Shown here in pieces: positions 1 through 9,468 of a stretch of 64,000 bases of DNA. The DNA lies in NCBI GenBank assembly GCA_964388275.1, contig CAYLZD010000002.1, positions 131,089 through 195,088 of the forward strand, in the 5' to 3' direction. Each line of letters opens with the position of its first letter. Positions within the stretch are counted from its first letter, which is position 1. Position numbers and translations under genes: made by a program. Below the pieces are notes generated by a model. That model saw only the letters and a list, made by a program, of their open reading frames with translations, did not search any database and was not told the origin of the DNA. Source of the stretch: an uncultured Chromatiales bacterium. GTDB lineage: Bacteria > Bacteroidota > Ignavibacteria > SZUA-365.

Positions 1-6
1 GCACAG

Positions 7-1296
7 GTGCGCAACCGCAATGAAAACTCCTCCGCTCCTTTCGAACTCCATTTCTCCATCGGCGTGCCTCTTTCCGTCTTGAGATTGACGGTGGATCCGC
101 CGGTTCTGCCTCCGGACGAGGAGGCCCTGGCGCTTGTCTCCATCGAGGCGGCCGACAGCACGGGCAAGCCTGTCCCCGACGGTCTTCCTTTGCGCTTCAC
201 TTCGTCGATCGGGCATGACACCGTTCTCTATACAGCCGGCGGCGCCGCGACCCTTCGCCTGTCCCCCTCCGGCCGGCAGTCCGTATCGCTGCAGGTCTCC
301 AACGGCCCCGTCAAGGCGGAAGGCGCGCTGACGACGTCGCCCGACGCTCTCTTCACGCGCGGGCTGGTCATGAGCTCGGACGGGAAACCCGTTTCCAGGG
401 CGCTCATCACCATGCCTGACGGCAGGCGCGCCTCCGGCTCGGAGACCGGAGAATACGCCATAGCCGGCATAAAAACCGACGGCCTCGAAGTGAAGGTGAC
501 CGCGCCAGGCTATTTCGGAAAAACCGAAGCCCTGAGCGGCGCCGGGGTTCAGGATCCGATAGTCCTGGCTCCGATCGCGCGAGGCGCGCTGCACGGCAAG
601 CGGGTGTTGGTGGACCTGACGGATCATTCCGTGGCGAAGGAGGAGGACCGGCCGGATGTAAAGGCCGCGGAACATCTCGCGGAATTGCTGGAGCATTCGG
701 GCGCGCTCGTGGAGCGGCTTTACTTGTTAAGCAGAGAAGCCCGGCATTCGGCGATTACAGCCGCCAAAGGCGCTACGATATGGCAATTCTCACTGAAGAG
801 ATCGGCAAGCCGCATGACCGCCAGGATAAACGGCGCGTCCGGCGCGAAAATCCTGGCGGACCGCCTGATAAGCGCGACACGCGAATACACATACGTGGGA
901 ATTCAACCGATGGCGTACCGGCTGCAGCCGCGCGAAGAAATCCCGTCGCTCAGGCAGATCAATCTCGTCCTGCCCTCGCCGGGACCCCGCAGCTACGACA
1001 AGACATTGGCGCCTCTGTTTTCCAGGAACATCGCCTGGACCGCCTATGCCGCTCTCCTGGCGGCGGAAGGATACGCGCAGAAAGGCTCAAAGAATGTGGA
1101 GGTCACGGTCGTTGAAAAGGGGAGCGGCGCCCCGGCGGCTTTCGCTCTTGTGCGCCTGAACCATTCGCTCGTCGCCATGACCGACGCCAAAGGAACGGCG
1201 CGCTTCAGGGCCGTCTCTGTGGGCGAGGACGAGGTGCATGCGGTCGATCCGACATTGCACGAAATCACGGGGGTCAAGACGGAAGTCCTGCCCTGA
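7..1296 (+). CDS. Hypothetical protein with a carboxypeptidase-regulatory-like beta-sandwich segment; probably 5'-truncated at the window edge
   Basis: Open frame runs from the window edge (first in-frame start is GTG at 7). The segment VKVTAPGYF...GEYAIAGI resembles CarboxypepD_reg-like folds. I recognise no catalytic motif. Confidence 0.45.
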   Translation: MRNRNENSSAPFELHFSIGVPLSVLRLTVDPPVLPPDEEALALVSIEAADSTGKPVPDGLPLRFTSSIGHDTVLYTAGGAATLRLSPSGRQSVSLQVSNGPVKAEGALTTSPDALFTRGLVMSSDGKPVSRALITMPDGRRASGSETGEYAIAGIKTDGLEVKVTAPGYFGKTEALSGAGVQDPIVLAPIARGALHGKRVLVDLTDHSVAKEEDRPDVKAAEHLAELLEHSGALVERLYLLSREARHSAITAAKGATIWQFSLKRSASRMTARINGASGAKILADRLISATREYTYVGIQPMAYRLQPREEIPSLRQINLVLPSPGPRSYDKTLAPLFSRNIAWTAYAALLAAEGYAQKGSKNVEVTVVEKGSGAPAAFALVRLNHSLVAMTDAKGTARFRAVSVGEDEVHAVDPTLHEITGVKTEVLP

Positions 1297-1372
1297 GCCT
1301 GCGGCTTCACATTCTGGAGGGTGGTGTCCGCTTCTTCCGCATGCAGTCTGAACTTTCTTCCGGATCAATCTC

Positions 1373-2341
1373 ATGCTCAACCATCTCTGGCTCGCGCTCA
1401 TCGCGGCAGGAATCCTTGCCGCCGCCGGACGCGATATCCATGACGGCCTGACCAATGCTTACGGCAACGGGATCCCCTGGATCCTTCTCGGGAGCGAGCC
1501 TGCCGGGGACGGCATCGGATCAGGCCGGCACGAACTGCAAATCACGCTCGGCGCCGACCAGATAAGAAAGCACTTCCCCTCGATGGCGTCCTGCGGGACG
1601 GATGTGACGATGCGCGCTGTAATAATCATGCGCGAGGACGGTCGCGGAAGCGCGGTTCTCACCCCGGGCGACGACAGCCCGGAAATTTTTCGGACCATGG
1701 CCCGTGCGCTGGGCGGCGGAACCCTCACCGGCGCCGTCGCCGCGACGCCCGTCGGAGAAGGGCCTGCGTGGTCGCTTCAAATGGAGCCCGTGCGTTTCGT
1801 CGCTATGCGCGCCGTCACCGCGGCCGCCTTCGACGCCGCCGCGCTCGCGGTTCAAATCGCGATCGGATTGATAGGCATAATGGCTCTCTGGCTGGGCGTC
1901 ATGAAGATCGCCGAACAGGCGGGTCTCGTGGCCCGGCTGGCGGCGCTGGTCAGGCCCTTGACGGTACGTTTATTCCCCGAAGTGCCCCCGGATCATCCGG
2001 CCATCGCGGCCATACTCATGAATGTTTCTGCCAATATGCTGGGTCTCGGCAACGCCGCCACACCCTTCGGACTGAAGGCGATGGAGGAGCTGAACCGCAT
2101 CAATCCGAGCGCGGGAACGGCATCGAATTCGATGTGCACATTTCTCGCGATGAACACGTCCTGCGTCACCCTGATCCCCGCCACGGCCGTCGCCGTGCGG
2201 GCCGCGTCCGGCTCCGCCGATCCGGCGATAATCATCGGCACAACCTTTCTCGCGTCGCTCACCGCCGCCGTAGCCGGCGTGACGGCCGCCAAGCTGCTCC
2301 AGCGCTTGCGCGTTTTCCGCATGAAGGAGGAGACCGCCTGA
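1373..2341 (+). CDS. spmA: Nucleoside-recognition-domain membrane protein (SpmA-like)
   Basis: 322-aa polytopic membrane protein of the Gate/nucleoside-recognition type (GLIGIMALWLGVMKIAEQAGL). Stop overlaps the next start (ATGA). Confidence 0.7.
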   Translation: MLNHLWLALIAAGILAAAGRDIHDGLTNAYGNGIPWILLGSEPAGDGIGSGRHELQITLGADQIRKHFPSMASCGTDVTMRAVIIMREDGRGSAVLTPGDDSPEIFRTMARALGGGTLTGAVAATPVGEGPAWSLQMEPVRFVAMRAVTAAAFDAAALAVQIAIGLIGIMALWLGVMKIAEQAGLVARLAALVRPLTVRLFPEVPPDHPAIAAILMNVSANMLGLGNAATPFGLKAMEELNRINPSAGTASNSMCTFLAMNTSCVTLIPATAVAVRAASGSADPAIIIGTTFLASLTAAVAGVTAAKLLQRLRVFRMKEETA

Positions 2342-2880
2342 TGGAAGCCTTGAAAATAGCAGTATCGGCCCTCTCAGCAATGGCTATCCCCGCCTTGTTG
2401 CTCTTTTTCGTGATTTACGGCGCCGCGAAAAAAGTGAAGGTCTATGAAGCGGCAGTGGAAGGCGCCCGGGAAGGATTCACAGTGGCGGTGAAAATCATCC
2501 CTTACCTCGTGCTGATGCTCGTCGCAATCGCGGTGTTCAGGGCTTCCGGCGCCATGGACATGCTCATTGCGGCCGCGCGCCCGGCGACCGACCTCATCGG
2601 TTTTCCGGCTGAAGTCCTGCCGATGGCTCTCATGCGCCCGCTGTCCGGCAGCGGATCGCTCGGCGTAATGACCGAGATAATGAGCGCCTACGGCCCGGAT
2701 TCGTTCATAGGTGTGCTTGCGTCCACTCTGTACGGCAGCACGGAAACCACGTTCTACGTGCTCGCCGTATACTTCGGCGCCGTAGGAATACGCAATACGC
2801 GCCACGCCCTGGCGAGCGGCCTGATCGCCGATCTGGTCGCCGTCCTCGCCGCTCTCGTAGTGGTTAAAGCGTTGATGTAG
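2341..2880 (+). CDS. spmB: SpmB-like membrane protein
   Basis: 179 aa, 4-5 TM, SpmB-like (LMRPLSGSGSLGVMTEI...STETTFYVLAVYFG). ATG at 2341 overlaps the spmA stop. The 370-aa listed ORF starting at 1768 is an alternate-frame extension. Confidence 0.7.
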   Translation: MEALKIAVSALSAMAIPALLLFFVIYGAAKKVKVYEAAVEGAREGFTVAVKIIPYLVLMLVAIAVFRASGAMDMLIAAARPATDLIGFPAEVLPMALMRPLSGSGSLGVMTEIMSAYGPDSFIGVLASTLYGSTETTFYVLAVYFGAVGIRNTRHALASGLIADLVAVLAALVVVKALM

Positions 2881-2979
2881 GCCCGCGCGGGCGTGATCGG
2901 TCTGCATCCCGAAGTCTATTATTCGTATATTCCACCCTCGAACTTTCTTTCGTTCCACAGAGTCGGCAGTGAGGAGCAT

Positions 2980-3318
2980 ATGAGCAGCATGAATCCATCT
3001 TCGAACAAGGCCTCCGTCATAGAGGTGAGGCAGTATTTCTCCGAGGGGAGCGGTTGGGAACTGCTCGAGGAAGCGAGGAGCCGGATAAGACGGGGCGACT
3101 CGAAACTCGTTCTGGACTTCCAGGGCATCAAACAGATCAACAGCCGCGAGGTGGGAGTCGTCGCGGCCTGCGTGAAGTCCGCCCGCGACGCGGAAGGAGA
3201 TGTGAAGCTCAGCAGTCTCAGCGCCTTCGTTGAAAAGATTTTCAGAATCGCGGGTATGAATACGGTGATCGACATACATCCCGACGCAAACGGCGCTTTA
3301 AAGAGCTTCGAACAATAA
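2980..3318 (+). CDS. STAS-domain protein (anti-sigma-factor antagonist family)
   Basis: STAS-like core LVLDFQGIKQINSREVGVVAACVKSARDAEGDVKLSSLSAFVEKIFRIAGM. GAGGAG lies 4 nt upstream of ATG 2980. Confidence 0.6.
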   Translation: MSSMNPSSNKASVIEVRQYFSEGSGWELLEEARSRIRRGDSKLVLDFQGIKQINSREVGVVAACVKSARDAEGDVKLSSLSAFVEKIFRIAGMNTVIDIHPDANGALKSFEQ

Positions 3319-3439
3319 CCGCGCATACTCCGGCGTGACGCGGCTCGGATTTTCCCAGGCCCCCGCGTCATCCGAGCCAGCTTGTCCCGCCGGTTATTCC
3401 GAACGGCAACGCGCGCAATGTTTCAAATCGGAGAATCTC

Positions 3440-3796
3440 ATGGAGAAGGAACTCGACAGGATATTTGAAGACTACGAACTCGGGGCTGAACTCGACGAGG
3501 AACAGTATCGGGAGAAGTCCCGCGAGGTCAGCGGCCGTTTCGAACAGAAGATGAACGAAGCGGGAAATAAACTCCGCTTCGCGCAGGATCTGCTGGCTCT
3601 ATGGCGTTACTTCACGGACCTCGACGTTCCCTGGCAGCGCAAGGCCGTCGTCGTCGCCGCGCTGCTGTACTTCATATCGCCCATCGACGCCATGCCCGAT
3701 CTGGCGCCGATAGTCGGGTATCTCGATGATTTCGGTGTTATAGCGGCCGTGACGCGTTTCATGTCCGATCAGCTTGCGCCCTATTATCCAGCCTGA
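3440..3796 (+). CDS. DUF1232 (YkvA-like) membrane-associated protein
   Basis: Carries the DUF1232 hallmark YFISPIDAMPDLAPIVGYLDDFGVIA. Confidence 0.6.
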   Translation: MEKELDRIFEDYELGAELDEEQYREKSREVSGRFEQKMNEAGNKLRFAQDLLALWRYFTDLDVPWQRKAVVVAALLYFISPIDAMPDLAPIVGYLDDFGVIAAVTRFMSDQLAPYYPA

Positions 3797-3955
3797 CGCC
3801 TGCAAACTCCGCCACGGACTCCGCCCCCGCCGTCCGTTTACGGATATCGCCTGCGCCCCCACGGCACGCGCGAGCGCGCCCGGACTCAAATGCCGGACAC
3901 CCCTGCGATATTTTCCGCTTCGGACCGGGAACAAAATCTTCCCCCCGCCGGTACA

Positions 3956-6679
3956 ATGGGTCGGCCTTCGGAAGAGCGCGACATGACAACGGACACGGAA
4001 AAAACGAACCTCGAAAATGCCCGCGAAGCGCTTCGCAGGCATTTCGGCTATGCGGACTTCAGGCCCGGACAGGATGAGATAGTCCGCTCTATCCTCGAAG
4101 GCCGCGATACTCTCGCGGTCATGCCGACCGGAGGCGGCAAATCCATCTGCTACCAGACCCCTGCCGTGTTGTTCGACGGTCTGACGATAGTCGTATCGCC
4201 CTTGATCTCCTTGATGCAGGACCAGGTGGATGCCCTTGAGAAGGCCCGAATCAAGGCCACAGTGATCAATTCAATGCTGGATTTCAGGGACGCGGCGGAG
4301 CGCATGGAAAAGGCCCGCCGCGGTTTCTACAAACTAGTTTACGTGGCGCCCGAACGCTTCGAAAGCCAGGCTTTCCTCGAAAGGATGAGCGGCGTGCGCG
4401 TCTCACTCTTCGCGATCGACGAGGCCCATTGCATCAGCGAATGGGGGCACGATTTCCGTCCGAGTTACATGAAGCTGCGCGGCGCCGTCGAGCGCCTCGG
4501 ATCACCACCCATAGCCGCGCTGACCGCGACGGCGACGCCGGATGTAAGGGACGACATTGTGCGGCAATTGGGATTGCGGAATCCGAATATAATTGTGCGG
4601 GGATTCAACAGGGAGAACCTGACTTTCAGGGTTGCGAAGGGCGTCAGGAAGCGGGAAGCCATCCTGCAAGCCTGCGGAGGAGGCGAAACGGGCATAGTCT
4701 ACGCCGGGACGCGGAATACCGTCGAGGAACTCGCCGGGATGCTGGCCGGCCACGGTATCAGGGCGGAAGCGTATCACGCCGGACTCGACGACGTCCGCCG
4801 CAAGGAAACACAGGAACGCTTCATGCGGGGTGATACCCGGATCATAGTCGCAACCACGGCCTTCGGAATGGGAATCGACAAGGCGGACGTCCGCTTCGTG
4901 ATGCATCACGACATGCCCGGAACCATCGAGCAGTACTACCAGGAAGCCGGCCGCGCAGGCCGCGACGGAAGGGAAAGCGTCTGCACCTTGCTTCATCATG
5001 CAGGAGACAGGTCGCTGCCTGAATTCTTCATACGCCAAACCTATCCGGACAGGGCGATGGTTCAGACCGTCTACGGGCATCTGCACAACGCCGCGGGGAC
5101 GCAGCTGGGACAGACTTTCCGCGGGCTCGTCAATTTGAGCGCGCAGAGCATAGCGGCCGGGATCGGAAAAGCCGGAGAGGCCGCCGTCCGCGGAGCTCTC
5201 GATCTTCTGGAGAGAAGCGGATATATTCGCCGCATCGAATCGCAGTACGCCGAGACGACGGTGCGGATTCTGTACCCGCCGGATCGTCTGAGACAGTGGT
5301 TGATTGAAGCCGCGCCCGACGCGCTCGCGCCGATTGCGGTCGCCCTCCTGCGAACAGCCGGCGGCGAGGCGTTTCATTACCCGGTGAATCTCTTCATCGG
5401 CGAAGTGGCGGAAAAAACCTTCCGTCCTGAAGACCAGATCGTGGCCGGCCTGCGGGAACTTCATGCGCTCGGCATCGTTGATTTCCACTCGGGAAGAATT
5501 GCCGGCGGAATCGCCCTGCTCGGCGCCCGCGTGCCGTCGCGGGATCTCGCCATCGACTACAAGTCCCTCGAAGCCCTAATGCGCCGCCAGAACGAAAAAC
5601 TGCAAGCCATGGAGCGCTATATTCTCGGCTCGGCGTGCAGAAGAAACATGATACTCGAGTATTTCCACGAAGACGATGTGAAAGGCGTCTGCGGCAAATG
5701 CGATAACTGCCTGTCTTCGACGCCGATCTATCGCAGTGAAACGCCGGAGGACGTCTTCGAACGCTGCGCAACGGCCGTCATGACCTGCGTGGCGGAATTG
5801 AACGGAAGATTCGGGAGTCATGTGATCGTGGATGTGTTGCGAGGCGGAAAATCAAAGCGCATCGAGCAGTTCCGCCTTTCCAGCGCGCCGAGCTACGGAA
5901 AGGCGGCGGAGGAGGGCCGGGATTCGCTGTTCAGGGTAATCGATGCGCTGATCGGACTCGGTTGGCTCGGGAAATCCGAAAGAACGCGGCCGGCTCTGAG
6001 ACTGACGAAACTCGGACGCGAGAAGCTCGGACGCGAAATCCAGGTATACGAACTGCCGGCATACGGAGAAGCCTTGAAAGGGGAATTGCGCGATCCTGTT
6101 CTGTTCGAAGCGCTCCGCGCGGTTCGAAGACGCATCGCCGGAGAATTGCTCATTCCGTCACATGTACTGATATCCGATGAGACGCTCGTGAACGTGGCGA
6201 ACGCCGCGCCCACGAACGAGGATGAACTCGACGCCGTCGAAGGAATTGGCCCGGTGACAATGAAAAGAGTGGGACGCCACCTGCTCAACGCCGTGCGCGA
6301 GCATATGCATGAGCGCGGGACGGCCGAAGCCGCCGCCCGCGCCCGCGACGCCCTCCCGGCCCTGTCCCCGTCAGTCCGCTCCACCCTTGCGCTTTGCGCG
6401 CAAGGCCTGTCTCTGGCTGAAATTGCAGCCGAAAGAGAATTGACCGACGGAATAGTCTCACAACATATCGCCGAACTGCTCGGAAGAGGAGTGGCTCTCG
6501 ATATGGACGCTTTATTGCCTCCGAAACGGCAGCATCAGATACGGGCTGCGCTCCAAAAAATGCGCAGGCCGGATCTCAAGAAAGTCAAGTCCATGGTCGA
6601 TGCCGAGATAACTTTCGCGGAAATCAGGGTTGTGTCGGCGCTGGTCGAAAGAGAGAAAACGATCCGAGCGGAATCGTAA
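3956..6679 (+). CDS. recQ: ATP-dependent DNA helicase RecQ with a ~300-aa C-terminal extension
   Basis: FGYADFRPGQDEIV N-terminal motif, DEAH box (FAIDEAHCISEWGHDFRP), helicase C motifs, Zn-binding/RQC region, and an HRDC-like segment (LISDETLVNVANAAPTNEDELDAVEGIGPVTMKRVG). Start could be ATG 3956 or 3983. Confidence 0.9.
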   Translation: MGRPSEERDMTTDTEKTNLENAREALRRHFGYADFRPGQDEIVRSILEGRDTLAVMPTGGGKSICYQTPAVLFDGLTIVVSPLISLMQDQVDALEKARIKATVINSMLDFRDAAERMEKARRGFYKLVYVAPERFESQAFLERMSGVRVSLFAIDEAHCISEWGHDFRPSYMKLRGAVERLGSPPIAALTATATPDVRDDIVRQLGLRNPNIIVRGFNRENLTFRVAKGVRKREAILQACGGGETGIVYAGTRNTVEELAGMLAGHGIRAEAYHAGLDDVRRKETQERFMRGDTRIIVATTAFGMGIDKADVRFVMHHDMPGTIEQYYQEAGRAGRDGRESVCTLLHHAGDRSLPEFFIRQTYPDRAMVQTVYGHLHNAAGTQLGQTFRGLVNLSAQSIAAGIGKAGEAAVRGALDLLERSGYIRRIESQYAETTVRILYPPDRLRQWLIEAAPDALAPIAVALLRTAGGEAFHYPVNLFIGEVAEKTFRPEDQIVAGLRELHALGIVDFHSGRIAGGIALLGARVPSRDLAIDYKSLEALMRRQNEKLQAMERYILGSACRRNMILEYFHEDDVKGVCGKCDNCLSSTPIYRSETPEDVFERCATAVMTCVAELNGRFGSHVIVDVLRGGKSKRIEQFRLSSAPSYGKAAEEGRDSLFRVIDALIGLGWLGKSERTRPALRLTKLGREKLGREIQVYELPAYGEALKGELRDPVLFEALRAVRRRIAGELLIPSHVLISDETLVNVANAAPTNEDELDAVEGIGPVTMKRVGRHLLNAVREHMHERGTAEAAARARDALPALSPSVRSTLALCAQGLSLAEIAAERELTDGIVSQHIAELLGRGVALDMDALLPPKRQHQIRAALQKMRRPDLKKVKSMVDAEITFAEIRVVSALVEREKTIRAES

Positions 6680-6706
6680 GAGGTCGCCCGAGGAAACATC
6701 GACCCC

Positions 6707-7072
6707 ATGCCCGAGAATCTCGACACCGCCCGCACGGGCGAGAATTTCGCCGCTTCACATCTCGAATCGCTCGGGTACGAAATACTCGAGCGCAATTACA
6801 GATACGGCCGCGGAGAAATAGACATTATTGCCCGCGATGGCGGCGCCACCGTCTTCATAGAAGTGAAGACCAGAACGAACGACCGGTTCGGCGCGCCCGA
6901 AAGCTCCGTCACGCGCTCGAAACAAAGGCAATTGGCCCGCGTTGCGACGGGATGGCTCCTCGAAAACGGCTTTCCCGATGCTCCGTGCCGCTTCGACGTG
7001 CTCGCAATCACCTGGGAAAAAGGCGTGCCGGTTTTCAACCTCATCCAACATGCTTTCACTCTCGGGCTGTGA
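6707..7072 (+). CDS. yraN: YraN-family (UPF0102) endonuclease
   Basis: 121 aa with the conserved GE.DIIA....FIEVKTR core of UPF0102. Confidence 0.8.
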   Translation: MPENLDTARTGENFAASHLESLGYEILERNYRYGRGEIDIIARDGGATVFIEVKTRTNDRFGAPESSVTRSKQRQLARVATGWLLENGFPDAPCRFDVLAITWEKGVPVFNLIQHAFTLGL

Positions 7073-7188
7073 TATCCAGAAGCCGGATATTCCCTTCCGG
7101 CATCAGCCGGCAACAGGAAAGGGCGCTGAAAAATGAATTGCTTGTATCGTCCCGGAATCGTATTGTCCGGCAACCGACGAGGGAAGAA

Positions 7189-9444
7189 ATGACGATTACG
7201 GGCGCCGCGCGGACAATCTACCGAAATAATTCTCCGAAAATCCGGATCAAGCGTTCGTCATACGGGGCTTTATTGGCCCTCCTGCTTATGGTTGCCGTGC
7301 CTCCCGCGGCTCGCGCCCAGGGCTGGGGATGGCAGAACCCCCTTCCCCGCGGCGGAGTGATCGGCGATATCGTTGCGCTCGGCACTAACTTCGCCGTCGC
7401 CGTCTGCGACGACGGCAACGCGCTGGTCACCTACGACATGGGACGCAACTGGCACCGGAAACCGCTTGCGTACTCCTCTCTCGACCGCGTCCATTGCTTC
7501 GGCGATTCGATCGTGATCGCCGCCGGACAGAACGGCCTGATCGTGCGTTCCACGGACTGGGGATGGACCTGGCGCCGAATCCGTGAGGGGTCCGTGACGG
7601 CCGGCTATCTCACGGATTTGGCGGGCATCGACGACTCGTCGGCGGTCGTTAAAATGGGTTATGACGAACTTTTCGTTACCACCGACCGCGGCCTGAACTG
7701 GGAAAGGCGCGCCATGGGAGTCGCTCCGGATCAGGTGCGATCGGTGTTCATCCAGTCCCCGACGCTCTGGTGGGCCAATACCGGCAACGCGCTTTACCGT
7801 TCCGGCGATGCCGGCGCGACTTGGAAACGCGACACCTCTCTCGATGCGCGCGGATTGGCGCGCCTCGTTTACGTTGACAGCCTTTTCGGCTGGCAGGTCC
7901 GCGACGGCCGCGTGTTGCGCACAAGAGACGGCGGAGTGACCTGGACCGAGATGGATATCTACGGTTTCGAGTACAATCTGGACGTGTTCACAACGGGAAC
8001 GGACAGACAGACCGTTTTTATACTCAGCGACGGGCAATACGTCGTGAATAAATCAACCGACGGAGGCGAGACATGGAACATCAGCCTTACCGCCGCGGCA
8101 TTTCCTGAAAGCTCGCCTTACGCGGGCGCCTTCACATCCGAAAGCGTGGGATACATCGCGGGTGATGGCGGCAGAATTCTTCGCAGCTCCGACGGCGGAG
8201 AATCGTGGGCGATCGTGCACGGCGCCGGTTTCCTCGGCAGCATTGCGCAGGTGCTTTTCCAGGACCCTCGCAACGGCGCGGCGCTCACGCACTCCAACAC
8301 CGTCCTGGTGACCTCGAACGGGGGCGCGCGCTGGGACGAGACCGTACCGGCTGCAGGTTATACCATCCGTAAAGCATCCATGTACAATCGGCAGGAAGGT
8401 TACGGCTTCGGTTTCGATAAAACCTGGCAGCCGTATCTGTTTCGCGCGTCGGACCAGGGGAGAACCTGGACACTCGCCGGTTCACTTCCGATATCCTACG
8501 ATCCGCAACTTTTCGCCCAGCCGGAAGGCATATTCTCCGTTTCCCGCGACACTGTGCTGATCGGAGTGTCATACGGCGTGCTTCTGCTCAGCACGGATGC
8601 CGGCGTTTCATGGGATTCCATACTGGTCAATCGGGAATTCGCCTCGCAATACGGAACAGGGAGGAATATGTTTGTATTCCCTCCCGGCCGGATTGTCTAC
8701 GTCGGAGGCAACGGCATCGGCCGGTCCGCTGATTTCGGTCGCACCTGGGATTATTCGTGGTCCCCGAACAGGCAATACATTTCTTCAAGCCAGTTCGTAA
8801 GTCCTCTGAAAGGCTTCGCGCTGCTTTCGGGACCGGGCGGCAGCGAATTATACCGCACGACTGACGGAGGCGTGAGCTGGGAAATACTGCCGAAAACCGG
8901 ATTCCAGTTGTTTCAATTTTTCAACGAGCATGACGCCATCGCCATCGGAACCGGCGGGGACGGAGGGAGCGTTATCTACAAAACCTACAATGGCGGGAGC
9001 GACTGGTCGGAATTTCCATTGAAGGAACGCGTGGCTTGGTCCGGCTGGACCTTCCTCAACAGCGATCTCGGTTGGGCGTGGGGTTATTCCGGAGAAATCA
9101 GAAACACCTCCAACGGCGGCCTGGCTTCCGGCGGATCGGCGCCCCAAGCGCCGGGAGATCCGCAAATCGGAGCGCCTTACCCGAATCCGTTCTCGATTTC
9201 GCGTCATAGCGCCATGAGCGTTCCCATTGCACTCCCCTCCCGGGAGATCTCGTATTCGCTGACCATATTCGACGCGCTCGGCCGTTTGTCTCCGGTCCTG
9301 CCGTCGGCAGCGCGGCGTGAAACCGCAAGAACGGGGACCTTCGAGGAATCCTTCATCCTGCAATCACTGAAGCCGGGAATGTACATACTGAGGCTGTTCG
9401 CGCGCGGCCGGACTCATTCCCGCGCTTTTCTTGTGGTGAAATAG
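7189..9444 (+). CDS. Secreted BNR/Asp-box beta-propeller protein with a T9SS C-terminal sorting domain (type A)
   Basis: Signal peptide (LLALLLMVAVPPAARAQG). At least 9 Asp-box motifs of the form S/T-x-D-x-G-x-T/S-W (STDGGETW, SSDGGESW, TTDGGVSW and others). C-terminal ~80 aa resemble Por-secretion tails (YSLTIFDALGR...GMYILRLFARG). True start is ATG 7189, not 6952. Confidence 0.65.
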   Translation: MTITGAARTIYRNNSPKIRIKRSSYGALLALLLMVAVPPAARAQGWGWQNPLPRGGVIGDIVALGTNFAVAVCDDGNALVTYDMGRNWHRKPLAYSSLDRVHCFGDSIVIAAGQNGLIVRSTDWGWTWRRIREGSVTAGYLTDLAGIDDSSAVVKMGYDELFVTTDRGLNWERRAMGVAPDQVRSVFIQSPTLWWANTGNALYRSGDAGATWKRDTSLDARGLARLVYVDSLFGWQVRDGRVLRTRDGGVTWTEMDIYGFEYNLDVFTTGTDRQTVFILSDGQYVVNKSTDGGETWNISLTAAAFPESSPYAGAFTSESVGYIAGDGGRILRSSDGGESWAIVHGAGFLGSIAQVLFQDPRNGAALTHSNTVLVTSNGGARWDETVPAAGYTIRKASMYNRQEGYGFGFDKTWQPYLFRASDQGRTWTLAGSLPISYDPQLFAQPEGIFSVSRDTVLIGVSYGVLLLSTDAGVSWDSILVNREFASQYGTGRNMFVFPPGRIVYVGGNGIGRSADFGRTWDYSWSPNRQYISSSQFVSPLKGFALLSGPGGSELYRTTDGGVSWEILPKTGFQLFQFFNEHDAIAIGTGGDGGSVIYKTYNGGSDWSEFPLKERVAWSGWTFLNSDLGWAWGYSGEIRNTSNGGLASGGSAPQAPGDPQIGAPYPNPFSISRHSAMSVPIALPSREISYSLTIFDALGRLSPVLPSAARRETARTGTFEESFILQSLKPGMYILRLFARGRTHSRAFLVVK

Positions 9445-9468
9445 CCTCCGCATTTCCGACTTCATTTG

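Noticed and set aside
1768-2340. N-terminal 190 codons of the 370-aa ORF upstream of spmB
   Set aside because: Arg- and His-rich low-complexity translation in an alternate frame inside spmA. The genuine SpmB starts at ATG 2341.
1373-2880. spmA/spmB taken as evidence of endospore formation
   Set aside because: Nucleoside-recognition-domain membrane protein pairs are widespread in non-sporulating bacteria. No other sporulation genes are present. The SpoIID/LytB protein at 38783 is likewise a general cell-wall enzyme.
4502-5488. 328-aa antisense ORF inside recQ, and similar long antisense or alternate-frame ORFs (for example 7270-8037, 13880-14818, 21637-22530, 27977-29008, 30916-32652, 52626-53495, 56218-57039, 57520-58611, 59169-60164, 59597-61291)
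   Set aside because: These are shadow ORFs typical of high-GC DNA. Their translations are Arg/Gly/Pro-rich low-complexity sequence without domain signatures, and each lies fully within a well-supported gene on the other strand or frame.
6952-7188. Upstream extension of the BNR-protein ORF overlapping yraN
   Set aside because: It overlaps the 3' end of yraN in another frame and encodes an Arg/Ser-rich peptide. The signal peptide begins right after ATG 7189.
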